64,000 nt of DNA from the human T2T-CHM13v2.0 reference genome, Homo sapiens: the NCBI RefSeq assembly GCF_009914755.1, contig NC_060947.1. One strand, written 5' to 3'. Below the pieces are notes generated by a model. That model was given only the letters and a program-made list of their open reading frames with translations, had not been told where the DNA came from and searched no databases. Shown here in pieces: positions 13,583 to 28,592 of this stretch. The translations under genes were made by a program, and so were the position numbers. Every line of letters begins with the position of its first letter. The first letter of the stretch is position 1.

Positions 13583-15652
13583 TGGCTCATAGAAATTGCT
13601 CAGTAAATAGCAGATATTATTATTTTGAATGTTGCAATTACTGGCAGATTAACTGTAACAGTATTTCAAGGAATGAGGATCAATTTATTCTGCAACAAAT
13701 AAAGGAGAAGTCCCTTTATTACTTTTGCTTGAGGACCAGGAATTTTTACACGATGAGTGTAATTTAGCTTGAATTTTCCTTAAAAACTATACAACTCCAG
13801 AGAAAAAGTCTATAATTACTTTCCACAATATAGTCTCCCATTGGCCTGCTGTTTACTTTCATTCTGCCACAGCAGGGACTACGTGAAAGTGAAATTGCAC
13901 CACTGAAGCCCAAAGAATCATGACTAGGCAGCTCTTGTTATTCCATTTTAAACAAAGTCTGAGCGATTTAATAAGAGCAGTAGAAAGGTCCGTGAATGAG
14001 CTCACTATCTTTTTCTATCCTGCCTAGTCTTAATATTTTCTCAGCTTCTTTTAGTTACCAGAAGATAGATGTTAACTGGGACAAAATGTTAATCGAGAAA
14101 CAACTACAACCTTGTTTAATCTCCTGTCCTCCTCCCATCTCCTCAGGGAGAACTCTGTCTTTGCTAGTTCAGTTCCTATGTGAGCCATTGTTGGACAAAT
14201 TGGGGTAATGGTTGGGGAGGAATTGAGAGGATCTCAGTTATGGTTGCTTAATTTACATTGATGAGAACAGAAAGTTGTTTGCAGGAAAAAAAAAGAGAAT
14301 AAAGAAAGAAAACAAAGAGGAAAAGGAGAAAGCAAAAAGTAGCCTGTGTAGGCTTTTGAAGGTGTTAAGTTGTGGGGAGCTTGGGGTAGGAGAAAGATTT
14401 GAGGAGATGCTGATAACTAGGGAGGTCATTGAAAGAGAGGTAGTAAGAGAAATACAGACAGAGAGAGAGGGGATGAATTTTATGCTGAATTATTTTGTTT
14501 TCTGAAACAGAGTTGACTATTTGTAGTATAACCTGGGTTAAGTGTGTTATGAGTGTTAGCTCTCTCTGGAATTTTTCTTAACAAATGGTATTTTTTATTA
14601 TTTTCCTTTATATTTTGGTTATTGGACTTGAATGTGAGTGCTTTAAGCTAGCAAGACACCACAAGAAAGCTCAGCTTTATATGTGTTATATTCAACTAAA
14701 ATAGAATTTGTGCTGTATTCGTTTAACAAAGCTCTTCACTTTAAAAGTGAGTCATGATTCAAACAAAACAACTATTTAGAAGAAGCATTTATGAGATAAG
14801 AACTTTTGGGCACTGACAGGATATTTGATGATTTTGAATATTATTGCTAATTTTTAAATTTAATTTGTTATTGTGGTCGTGACATGTAAAAATCATTTAT
14901 TTTAGAGATACATACTAAAGTATTTATGGATAAAATGATATCATATTCAGGACTCACTTTGAAATAATATGGGGTTGGGGAAAAGGTGAGTGGAAGTGTA
15001 GAGAAAATGCGATTATCCATTCATTGACACTTGTTGAAGTTGGGTTATTCATGAGGAACATGGAGATTCATTATACAATTCTTTCTACTTTTGTGTATGC
15101 TTGCAAATTTCCATAATAAAAAGTGAAGAAAAAAGTGGGCGAGTTAATATCCATTGTTCTTACTCTCTGGAAAATCTAAATTAACTGCTTTTTATTATGA
15201 CGTAGTCCATATTTGCTTTTTTTTTCCTGTGGTTTGATGGTTCTTGACAGGAAAATGTAACCATCACCCTTAATTATGAAAACATAGACTGAGTGTTTGC
15301 TGATATTTGAGTATAAGGTGGGATCTACTTAACACAATCCAATACTCAAAAGTCTCAATTTAATTAGAATCAAATTTCAAGATAATTCTTCAGGGACAAA
15401 ACGATTTCCCTGGTGCATTTGAAAAAGGATTTAATGAATGAAAACTTTTTATGAATAAAAACTTGACTTATGTTCTACTTTCTGGGACTACACCTATTGT
15501 AGAAACAAAGGGCCAATATTTTCCTTCTGTAAACACATTACCTTGGTAGGTGTTCTCATCTCACCCTCTTTACTCTTTAAAGGGAAAGAAGCACACCAGA
15601 ATGGCAGAAGACTAAGTCATGCAGCTTTTATGTCTCAACTTTCTTTCCCCAG

Positions 15653-15869
15653 AGAATGCTGAGGATGTTGCAGAGCATATTTTAAATTTGATAAATGAAT
15701 CCCCAGCCCTGGGTAAAGAAGAGACAAAGATTATTGTTTCTAAAATATCAGATATTTCACAATGTGATGAGATAAGTATGAACCTAACTCATGTTATGTT
15801 ACAAATAATCAACGTTGTTTTGGAAAAGCAAAACAATTCCGCCTCTGATCTGCATGAAATAAGCAATGA
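15653..15869 (+). CDS. ADGRG4: ADGRG4 exon, GAIN subdomain A helices (ENAEDVAEHILNLI...LHEISNE)
   Basis: ctttccccag / gtaagt; 217 nt, phase 1 to 2; ORF 15619..15873. Confidence 0.95.
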
Positions 15870-15920
15870 GTAAGTACTAATACTTTGGTGAAAGACATTA
15901 TTTTTAAAAAATTTAAAATG

Positions 15921-16251
15921 CAGACGGCCCTCTGTATCTGTGCATTCTGCATTTGTCAATTCAAACAACCATAGATTGAAAATATCCTTAAAAAAATCTT
16001 GCGTCGATACTGAACAAGTACAGAATTTTTTCTCATTATTCCTAAACAATACAGCATAACAAGGATTTACATAGCATTTACATTGTATTAGGCATTATAA
16101 GTAATCTAGAGATGATTTAAAATATACATTGATGTTCATAGGCTATACAAAAATACGACCCTATTTTATATCAGGAACTTGAGCATCCGTGGATTTTTGT
16201 ATTCATGGGAGTCCTGGAACAAGATCCCTCAAGGATACGAACGGACGACTG
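15921..16251 (-). mobile_element. MER2-like Tigger MITE
   Basis: inverted termini cagacggccctctgtatc / gatacgaacggacgactg; ggagtcctggaac core. Confidence 0.8.
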
Positions 16252-16399
16252 TATATATTATCAATTTCTTGGCATATAGACATCATAAATTTTAAAAGTC
16301 AGGTAGTTACACATTGAAAGCTCAGTTAGTACAATGCAATGGGGTCACTTTACTAGAATGTTCATTGTGAAAGGATGTATTCAAATTCGAATTGAATCT

Positions 16400-16915
16400 T
16401 AGTGATAGCAAGCTTTCAAGTACACAGTTACCCCAAACCAAACCCCCAGTCTATTCCCCCAACTTTTGTGTTCCCTCAGTGTTCTTAATGTCTATAAAAT
16501 GTATCCAACCAGTGCTAAAGTGGAAAACTCGAGAACAGTACTAGTTAACTCCTTCTAACTCACAGCCAATTAATAACTAACTCTTGTATGCGGCACTGTA
16601 CATCCATTTTTAAAATCCCTTAAATATTTTGGTGGAATTCTTTTACTTCTCTCCATCTCCACCACTACCATCCTATTCCTAGCCCCATTTCTCTCACCAG
16701 ACTGTCTACAATAACCTCCTAAATGGTCTATCTGCCTCCGTTCTTGACCCTCTATGGGTCATCTTCTACATAGCACCCGGAGTAATCTTTTAATGTATAT
16801 ATCAGGTCATGTCCTTACTTTGCTTTTAAAACCACTCAGTGGCTTTCCATTACACGTAGAATAAAATCCAAATGTCTTATAAAGTCCTACGAGGCCCTGC
16901 AGGGTCTGGCTTACA
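16400..16915 (+). mobile_element. L2 fragment
   Basis: aataacctcctaaatggtct...ctcagtggctttccattacac..gaataaaatccaaa. Confidence 0.7.
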
Positions 16916-17226
16916 TGTAACAATTTCATTAATTTTCACGACAATCTTTAGAGATGAGTGTAATATTACTTTTGACTTTCAGGTGAGGAAACTGAAGCTA
17001 AGTGAGATTACTTTATTTGCCCACACAGTTAGAAATTAGAGAAGCTAAGATTTAGGTGTCAACTTGTCTGATTCCAAAGCCAGTGCTCTTATTTAATAAT
17101 TCCTAAATGATATAAAGATAGTGATTAAAACTCAAAGAAAAGTCTTGCAATAAGGAAATCTTGCAAGGAGGATGGGTTTTACTTTTAAAAGGTAGGATGC
17201 TCTTCTCCATCTGTGGTTTCTTGCAG

Positions 17227-17389
17227 AATTCTGAGGATAATTGAGCGTACTGGTCACAAGATGGAGTTTTCTGGGCAGATAGCAAATCTGACGGTGGCCG
17301 GGCTGGCTTTGGCTGTGCTGCGGGGGGACCACACGTTTGATGGCATGGCTTTCAGCATTCACTCCTATGAAGAAGGCACAGACCCTGAG
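17227..17389 (+). CDS. ADGRG4: ADGRG4 exon, GAIN (ILRIIERTGHKMEF...EEGTDPE)
   Basis: tttcttgcag / gtgagt; 163 nt, phase 2 to 0. Confidence 0.95.
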
Positions 17390-17877
17390 GTGAGTGCAGC
17401 TCAGGGAACTGAGAGCCAATCAGCCAAGCACTGTTTCAGGTCTTCATTCATTTACTCCTTGGGAGAGAGAGGGCACTCCGTTATGGTTTTAAGGGGACCT
17501 TATGGAAATACAGACATCCCAGGGAAGATTCGTATATAATCTTTAGTAGGCTAACGTCTTGGTTGGAATGGTGTCTGGGAATTGTGCAATGATACCACCT
17601 TTGGCCCTGTGACCCCAAATTATCTCAAATGTCAGTTTATTATTGGCCACCATTTAAGGAACACATTATATGTTGGACATTGTGCTACTGCCTCCTTTGT
17701 ACAGATAAGGAAACAGAGAAGTAATTTGCCCAAGAACACATAGCCTAATGACTAAGCCAGGATTGAAACCTATGTCTGTCTGGCTTTAAAGCCTGGGCCC
17801 TTTCCACCATATCATACCACCTTAGCCTTTGGCATGTTATAGGCTGCCAACCCTACTCAAAACAATTTCAGAGGTTA

Positions 17878-18295
<418 letters not shown>

Positions 18296-18678
18296 AAGAT
18301 ATAGAATATTACTATCACCTCTGAAAGCCCCCTTGTGCCCTTTCCAAGTGAAGCTCTGAAACTACTACCTGCAGTGGCAATCACTGTTCTTATATTTTTC
18401 TGCGATAGTTTTTCCTGTTCTACAACATTATATAAATGAAATCTTATAATATGTACTGTTTTATATAAGGCTTCTTTCATGTAGCATAATTTTTTTTTTT
18501 TAGTCATCCTTTTGTTTCAGTAGTTTGTTCCTCCTTTTTATTGCTGAATAATATTCCAACGACTGGGTACACAACAGATTCCTTGTCTGTTCTCCTCTTG
18601 ATGGACATTTGGATTGTTTCCAGTTTGGCTATTATGAATAATCCTGCTATGAACCTTTGTGTATAAGTCTTTATGTGA

Positions 18679-19122
<444 letters not shown>

Positions 19123-19207
19123 TAATTTTTCATGTTCATATTTGTTATTTGTATGTCTTTGGTGAAATATCTGTTAAAATCTTTTGCCCATTTTTAAATG
19201 GGGTAGT

Positions 19208-21338
19208 TTTCTTTCTTTATTGCAATAGTTTTTGGGATACATGTGGTTTGGGGTTACATGGATAATTTGTTTAGTAGTGATTTCTGAGATTTTAGTGTAC
19301 TCGTCACCTGAGCAGTATACACTCTGTCCCCAATATGTAGTCTTTTATCCTTCACCCCCCCCACCACTCTTTCCCTTGAGTCCCCAAAGTCCATTACATC
19401 ATTCTTATGCCTTTGTGTCCCCATAGTCTAGCTCCTACTTATAAGTGAGAATATATGATATTTGGTTTTCCATTCCTGAGTTACTTCACTTAGAATAACA
19501 GCCTCTAGCTCCATCCAAGTTACTGCAAAAGACATGATTTCATTCCTTTTTATGGCTGAGTAGTATTCCATGGTGTATATATACCACATTTTCTTTATCT
19601 ACTTGTTTGGTTGATGGACACTTAGGTTGGTTCCATATCTTTGCAACTGTGAATTGTGCTGCTTTAAACATGTGTGTGCATGTGCCTTTTTCATATAATG
19701 ACTTCTTTTCCTTTGAATAGATACCCAGTAGTGGGATTGCTAGATGGAATGGTAGTTCTCAGTTTAGTTCTTTAAGGGATCTCCATACTGTTTTCCACAG
19801 TGGTTGTATTAATTTACATTCCCACCAGCTGTATAAAAGTGTTTCCTTTTCACCACATCCATGCCAACATCTATTGTTTTTTGACTTTTTAATTATGGCC
19901 ATTCTTGCAGGAGTAAGGTGGTATCTCATGGTGGTTTTAATTTGCATTTCCCTGATGGTTAGTGATATTGAGCATTTTTTCATATGTTTGTTGGGTGTTT
20001 GTATATCTTCTTTTGAGAATTGTCTACGCATGTCCTTTGCCCACTTTTTGATAGGATCCTTTGATTTTTTCTTGCTGATTTGTTTGAATTCCTTGTAGAT
20101 TCTGGATGCTAGTCCTTTGTTGGATGCATAGTTTGCAAATGTTTTCTCCCACTCTTTGGATTGCCTGTTGACTCTGCTGATTATTTCTTTTGTTGTGCAG
20201 AAGCTTTTTAGTTTAATTTGATCCCATTTATTTGTTTCTGTTTGTGCATTTGCTTTTGGGGTCTTAGTCATGAATTCTTTGCCTAGGCCAATGTTCAGAA
20301 GAGTTTTTTCCAATGTTATCTTCTAGAATTTTTATGGTTTCAGGTCTTATATCTAAGACTCTTACATTTAAGACTTTGATCCATCTTGCGTTAATTTTTG
20401 TATAATGCGAGGGATGGGGATCCAGTTTCATTTTTCTCCGTGTGGCTTACCAATTATCCCAGCACCATTTGTGGAACAGGGTGTCCCTTCTCCACTTTAT
20501 GTTTTCACTTGCTTTGTCAAAGATAGTTGGCTGTAAGTATTTGGCTTTATTTCTGGGTTTTCTATTCTGTTCTATTGGTCTACATACCTATTTTTATACC
20601 AATACCATGCTGTTTTGGTAACTATAGCCTTGCAGTATAATTTGAAGTTGGGTAATATGATGCCTCCAGATTTGTTCTTTTTGCTTTGAATTGCTTTGGC
20701 TATGTGGACTTTTTTGATTCCATATGAATTTTAGAATTTTTTTCTAGTTCTGTAAGAATGATGATATTTTGGTGGGAATTGCATTATCTATAGATTGCTT
20801 TTGGCAGTATGGCCATTTTCACAGTATTGATTCTTTCCATCATGAGCAAGGGATGTGTTTCCATTTGTTTGTGTCATCTATGATTTCTTTCAACAGTGTT
20901 TCGTAGTTTTCCTTGTAGAGATCTTTCACCTCCTTGATTAAGTATATTCCTGGGTATTGTATTTTATTGTATTGTATTGTATTGTATTGTATTGTATTGT
21001 ATTGTATTGTATTGTATTGTATTGTATTTTGCAGCTGTTGTAAAAAGATTGAGTTTTTTATTTGATTCACAGCTTGGTCGCTGTTGGTGTATAGCAGTGC
21101 TGCTGATTTGTGTACATTGATTTTGTAACCTGAGACTTTACTGAATTCGTTTATCAGATGTAGGAGCTTTTTGAATGAGTCGTTATGGTTTTCTAGGTAT
21201 ACGTTCACATCATTGGTGAACAGCAACAGCTTGACTTCCTGTTTCCAATTTGGATGCCCTTTATTTCTTACTCATGTCTGATTGCTATGACTAGGACTTC
21301 CAGTACTATGTTGAACAGAAATGGTAAAAGTGGGCATC
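19208..21338 (-). mobile_element. 5'-truncated L1PB-type element (~2.1 kb)
   Basis: L1PB-type 3' UTR; ORF2 remnants at 19759..20313 and 20840..21226 (INEFSKVSGYKINVHKS; [17 protein letters not shown]). Confidence 0.9.
20955..21027 (+). repeat. (TATTG)n pentanucleotide microsatellite inside L1
   Basis: direct reading. Confidence 0.95.
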
Positions 21339-21494
21339 CCTTTTATTATTGAGTTGTAAGTGTTCTTTACACATTCTGGATACAAACAATTTATCAGATG
21401 TATGTTTTGAAAATGTTTTCCGTATGACTTGCCTATCTATTTTCTCAATAATGTCTTTCAATGAGCAGTTTTTCACTTTCTTGTTTTCTTTCCT

Positions 21495-21825
<331 letters not shown>

Positions 21826-23637
21826 TAAATTTTCGTGAAGTCTAATTTATAGTTCTGTTTTCTTTTATGAATAACCATATATGACTTGTCTATGATACCT
21901 TTGTCTATCAGGAAGCCATGAAGACATTCTCTTATGCTTTTCTTTAAAAGCTTTATGATTTTAGCTTTTATGTTTAGAACTCAATTAATTGATTTATGTA
22001 TTGCATGAGGTAGGAGTTGAGGATCATTTTGTTTTACGTGGATATCCAGTATTTCCAGCATCATTTGTTGAAAAGACTTTTCCTTCCCCATTGGCTTGCT
22101 TTGGTACCTTTGACAAAAAGTCAAATTTTGTATAAATGTAAGGCTATTTCTGGACTTTCCTATACTGTTTTTTTTTTTTTTTTAAACTCGTATGTTATTA
22201 CCAGGTCGTCTTGGTTCCTGAAGTGTTGAAGTCAGGTAATATGAATACTTCAACATTGTTGCTTTTCAAGATTGCTTTGGTTATTCTAAGCCTTTTGCAT
22301 GTCCATATAAATTTTCAAATCTGCTGATCAATTTGTATAAAAAACTTGCTGAGATTACGATTTGGATTGAGTTGAAGTTATTGGTCAATTTTGGGAGAAT
22401 TTATTTCTTAGTAATATTGAGTCTTCTAATCTAGGAACATTTATTTAGTTCTATTTACATTTCTCTGAGCAATGTTTTGTAGTTTAGGTGGGGAGATATT
22501 GCATGTCTTTTGATAAATTTATTCCTAAGTATTTTGATTTTTGATACTGTTGAAAATGGAATAGTTTTAAAACTAGATATTCCAATTATTTGCTGCTAGT
22601 ATATGAAATGCAATTGATTATATATGAAATATTATTTATATTAAATGCTATATATATACACATTTTGTGTCTTATGCACTTGCTAAATTCACTTATTGCT
22701 TCTAGTAATTGTTTTAGAGATTCCTTAGAACTTTCCATGTAAGCCAACATCATGTGACAATAGAGAGTTTTATGTATTCTTTACTGATCTTTATTCCTTT
22801 TATTTCTTTTTGGGGGCCTATTCTGATGTTTAATACTTCCAATAAAATGTTGAATAGAAGTGGTTGAAGTGGGCATCCTTGTCTTATTTTTAATATTAGG
22901 AGAAAAGTATTCACTGTTTTTCCATTACTGTGATGTTACCCATTTTTGTTTTGTTTTTTTAAAAGATGTTCTTTATTTGATTGAGGTAGTTACCTTCTAT
23001 TCTTGGTTTCCTGAAAAGATTTATCACAAATTGTTGTTGAATTTTGTCAAAACCTTTTTCTGTATCTCTCGAAGTAATCTTTTGGCTTTCCTCTTTATCC
23101 TCTTAATATGGTAAATTATATTGATTTTAAAATATTAAGCCAATCTTGAATTCCTAGAAAAAACCCTACTGGTCATCATGCATCATCATGTTTATGTATT
23201 GCTATTTTCTAAGTGCTTATGTTTTGTGAAGTATTTTTGCCCTTACATTCATGAAGAGTATTGGTCTGAAATTTTCTTTTTTTTGTGATTTCTTTGTCAG
23301 GCTTTAGAAAGATTTTGGCAACATTCTAAAAGTGAGTTGGGAAACGGTCCCTCTTCTACTTTCAGAAAGAGTTTGTGTAACATTGCTGTCATTTCATTAA
23401 ATGCTTGATAGGGTTCACTAGGAAACCCTCTGGGTCTGAAATTTCTTTGTGGGAAGTTTTTTGATATCAAACTAGATTTATTTAGTGGATAGAGAGCCAT
23501 TCAGATTTTCTGATTCATCTTGTGTCAGTTTTTGGATAGTTGTATTTTTCTAAGAGTTTATTTCATCTAACTTGTCAAGCTTATTGGCAATAATTTATAA
23601 TATTTTCCTATTTTTTTAACATCTGTAGGATTTATAG

Positions 23638-24611
23638 CAGGAGTCAGCAAAGTTTCTGTAAAGGGCAGATAATAAATATTTTAGGCTTTGCAACCCACAG
23701 GTGGTCTCTGTCTGCTGAATGTTCTTATATGTTTGTTTTTGTTCTGCTCTCCGTTCCTCTTGCCCCCTGCCCTCTCCTCCCCTTCTTTCTCTTCTCTCTT
23801 CTCCTTCCCTCCTTTCTCCTGTCTTCTCCTTCCCTCTCTTCTCCTCTCCTCTCCCTCCCTCTCTTCTCCTCTCCTTTCCAGCCCTCTCTATTCTTCTCCT
23901 CTTCTTCCCTTGCTGTCCTCTGTTTTCCTTTCCTCTCTTGTTCTCTCCTCTCCCTCTGCTTCTTTCTTTGTGCAACCGTTTAAAAATGAAATGTATGTTG
24001 TGCAACTCTCACCACCATATGTCTGCAGAACGTTGTTCATCTTCCCAAAGCTACTGGGGAGGTCAGCCTCCTCAGTAGCTGACCCGTTGAATAACAAGTC
24101 CCCATTCGTCCCTTTCCTAGCCCTTGACAACCACAATTCTTCCGATCCCTGTGATTTTGACTACTCTAGGTACCTCATGTAAATGGAATAATACCATATT
24201 TGTCCTTTGTGACTGGCTTTTTTCACTTTGCAAAATGTCTTCAGGGTTCATCTATGTTGTAGCATGTTAGAATTTGCTAATTTTTTAGGGCTGAATAATG
24301 TTCCATTGTATGTATTTACCACACTTTGTTCATCCATTCATACAGGGGTTCTTTTTGAAGTGATGGAAATGTTCTAAAATTGATTGTAGTGATAGTTGCA
24401 CAACTCTGAATGTGGTGAAAGCTAATGAACTGTATACTTTAAATGGGTGAAGTATATGGTATGTGAGTAAAGTCTCAATAAAGCTGTTACCAAAAAAAAA
24501 AAAAAAACCACGAAACCTAAAAGTGACATGTAAAATCTATTCTTAGCTCAGGGCAACATAAAAACAAGCCTTAGGAAGGATTTGGCTTGCTGATTCATTT
24601 GCCAACCTCTG
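23638..24611. mobile_element. MER58-like hAT-Charlie element with internal CT-rich tract and L1 insertion
   Basis: termini caggagtcagcaaa / tttgccaacctctg; perfect 8-bp TSD atttatag at 23630-37 and 24612-19. Confidence 0.82.
23996..24517. mobile_element. Old L1 (L1MB-like) 3' end with inverted 5' portion
   Basis: antisense part ~23996-24341; sense 3' end with aataaa and poly(A) ~24342-24507. Confidence 0.7.
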
Positions 24612-24836
24612 ATTTATAGTAATAAATCCTCTTTCATTTCTGATATTGGTAATTTCTTTTTTTGCTCCTTTATTTTTGATAGTATAGGGATTTTTCCATT
24701 TTGTTGATCCTTTTAAACAACCTTTGGCCTTGTTAATTTTCCCTATTACTTGTTTTCTACTTTTTGATATCTGATTTTATGTTTATTACTTCCTTTCTTG
24801 TACTTATTTTGGTTTTAGTTTTATCTTCTTTACATA

Positions 24837-24869
24837 GCTGCTGCTGCTGCTGCTGCCTCCTCCTCCTCC

Positions 24870-24919
<50 letters not shown>

Positions 24920-25086
24920 CTCCTCCTCCTCCTCCTCCTCTTCTTCTTCTTCTTCTTCTTCTTCTTCTTCTTCTTCTTCTTCTTCTTCTTCTTCTTCTTC
25001 TTCTTCTTCTTCTTCCTCCTCCTCCTCCTCCTCCTCCTCCTCCTTCTTCTTCTCCTTCTCCTTCTTCTTCTTTTTCTTCTTCTTTT
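24837..25086 (+). repeat. Compound (CTG)n(CTC)n(TTC)n triplet repeat
   Basis: direct reading; about 25 uninterrupted TTC at 24941-25015. Confidence 0.97.
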
Positions 25087-25372
<286 letters not shown>

Positions 25373-25577
25373 TGTCTAGCTTCTTAATGTGGATCTATAT
25401 ATCATTCATTTTAGACCTTTCTTCTTTTCTAACATAATCCTAAAAAGCTGTAAATATCTTTCTAAGCACTGCTTTAGCTGTAGTCCACAAATTTTTATAT
25501 GTTGTATTTTATTATGTCAGTTCAAAATATTTTCTATTTTTTTTAGTCCGTGAATTATTTAGGAGTGTATTGTTTAA

Positions 25578-25883
<306 letters not shown>

Positions 25884-25980
25884 TGAGATATCTTATTGTT
25901 ATTGATTTCTTGTTTATTTCATTTTGGTCACAGAATATACTTAGTATAATTTCAATCCATTTACATTTGTTGAAATTTAT

Positions 25981-26462
25981 TGTATTAGTCAGAGTTCTCT
26001 AGAGGGACAGAACTAGTAGGATATATATGTATGTATATATATATGTATATAAATACACACACACACACATATATATGAGAGTTTATTAAGTATTAACTTA
26101 CATGATCACAAGGTCCCACAATAGGCTGTCTGCAAGCTTGAGGAGCAAGGAGAGCCAGTCCGAGTCTCAAAATTGAAGAATTTGGAGTCTGATGTTCTAA
26201 GGCAGGAAGCATCTAGCACAGGAGAAAGATGCAGGCTGGGAGGCTAAGCCAGTCTCTCCTTTTCATGTTTTTCTGCCTGCTTTATATTTGCTGGAAGCTG
26301 ATTAGATAGATGGTGTCCATTCCAATTAAGGGTGGGTCTGCCTTTCCCAGCCCACTGACTCAAATGTTAATCTCCTTTGGCAACACCCCCACAGACACAC
26401 CCAGGATCAATACTCTGTATCCTTCAATCCAATCAAGTTGACACTCAGTATTAACCATCACA
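25981..26462 (-). mobile_element. MLT2A-type LTR of HERV-L
   Basis: tgtattagtcagagttctctagagggacagaacta ... caagttgacactcagtattaaccatcaca; TG...CA termini. Confidence 0.9.
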
Positions 26463-27425
26463 AGTCCATCCCTTTTCAAGTTGAACCCATACACATTTCC
26501 TGAGATCATACATAATCTTCAAATAAAGACAACAATAAGGTCATAATTATGCCTAACGTAATACAACTATCCTTTGTACAACTGGAAATGCACAAATCCC
26601 CAACACAAATACTATTACATAAAATTAACAATACTTAAATGCTGATATGAAGTCAGTAAATCCTATGTCACACGATAAAAGAAAAAAAAATAAAATGAAG
26701 ATTTTTCTTAGTACAAGTGTATACATGCACAAACATGTTTTTAACAAAAGAAGGAGGAAATATTCATGACAATTACAGTCTCCGTTTTTGTAGCTGGTCA
26801 TGTGGTCGTAGCTGGTATTGATGACTACATTCTTCTGCTACCCATTCTCTATTCCCTTTGCCTTCAGCAAGCACCTCTGCAGGTCGTGGTTTTTTTCCTG
26901 GTGGAGTGACCCAAGCCTTCATTTTTGAAGGGTCTGGGCCATTTGTAGTCCTGCCTGGATTGGGCTGTTGTAGTTTCCCATTGACCTTAATCACAGGGCA
27001 TGGTAATTCTAAGAGATGCCCTAGTGGATCTCCTGTATTCCATGCATACCTTACCTCCGTTGTAGAGTAGTAGACTGATTTCATCTTGATAGTCCGGATC
27101 AATCACCCCAGCCAACACTGTAACTCCCTTCTTAGCCTATTGACTTAAAGGTAGGAGGAACCCAAAGTGTCCAGGTGGCAATCTTAACTTCCAGTTTAAG
27201 GAGATCGATGTTGTGTCTCTTGGTGGCAGCGTTCCTCCCTCTGGAACTAAGACCTCTAGGCCAGCAGAATGTAATGTCGTGGGAACAGGAAGCAAAAGTT
27301 TTGCTAGTGGATCATTAGGGGTGATGGTGAGTGGTGCCACTTCCACTTCCAACTCTTGATTCCTGGAACTGTGAATCCTGGCTATGGGAAAAAAAGTACC
27401 ATATATTGGACGCTGATTTAGAGCA
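26463..27425 (-). mobile_element. HERV-L internal 3' fragment (integrase end plus dUTPase remnant)
   Basis: ORFs 27137..27442 (ALNQRPIYG...SAGLEV...LPPGHFG) and 26773..27102; GVIDPDYQ dUTPase motif reads on the minus strand near 27080-27110. Confidence 0.9.
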
Positions 27426-28146
27426 CTTATTTTATATCCCAATGTGTGATTTATTTTGGTGAATGTTTCACATGGACTTCAAAAAAAATGTGCATTCTAC
27501 AGTTGTTGGATATAAATAGCAATTAGGTCAAGGTGCCAGCAGTGTTGTTCCAATCATCTTTGTTCTATCCTAGTTGTTCTCTAATTGAGAAGGGTGTTAA
27601 AATCTCTAACTTTGTGCAACTGTCTATTTCTCCATTTAGTCCTTTCAAATTTTGCTTTGTTTATTTTGGGGCTCTTTTATTAAGCACATATACATTTGTG
27701 TTGGTTTGTCTTTCTAATACTAATCCTACCCCTAAACATATTTATCATTATTAAATACCCCTCTTTATCTCTGTCTTGAAGTTATTTTATCTGGTTTGAA
27801 TATAAAAAACCAAGTCATCCAAGCCTTCTTATGGTTACTCTAAAAGGTATGTATGTATATTTTATATTCATTTGCTTCCTAGCTGTCTTTATATTTAAAG
27901 TGTACCTCTTGTAGATAGCATATAGTTTGTGTTTTATTTTTTACCCATCCTGATAATATCTGACTTTTAATTGGAGCGTGTAGTTTTTTTAACATTTAAT
28001 GTAATTATTTATGTGGTTGGATTTGAGCTACCATTTTATTTTAATTTCTGTCTATCCCTCTGGCTTTTGTTCCTCTGTTCCTTCTTTCCTGTTGTCTCTT
28101 GCTTTATTTTAATATTTATTATAGCTGCTTTTTAATTGTTTACTGA

Positions 28147-28592
<446 letters not shown>

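Noticed and set aside
19759-21226. 184- and 128-aa ORFs
   Set aside because: Fragments of L1 ORF2 in a truncated, frameshifted L1PB; not a host gene.
26773-27442. dUTPase/integrase-like ORFs as a possible domesticated gene
   Set aside because: Broken by a stop and a frameshift and lacking the 5' part; treated as a HERV-L fossil.
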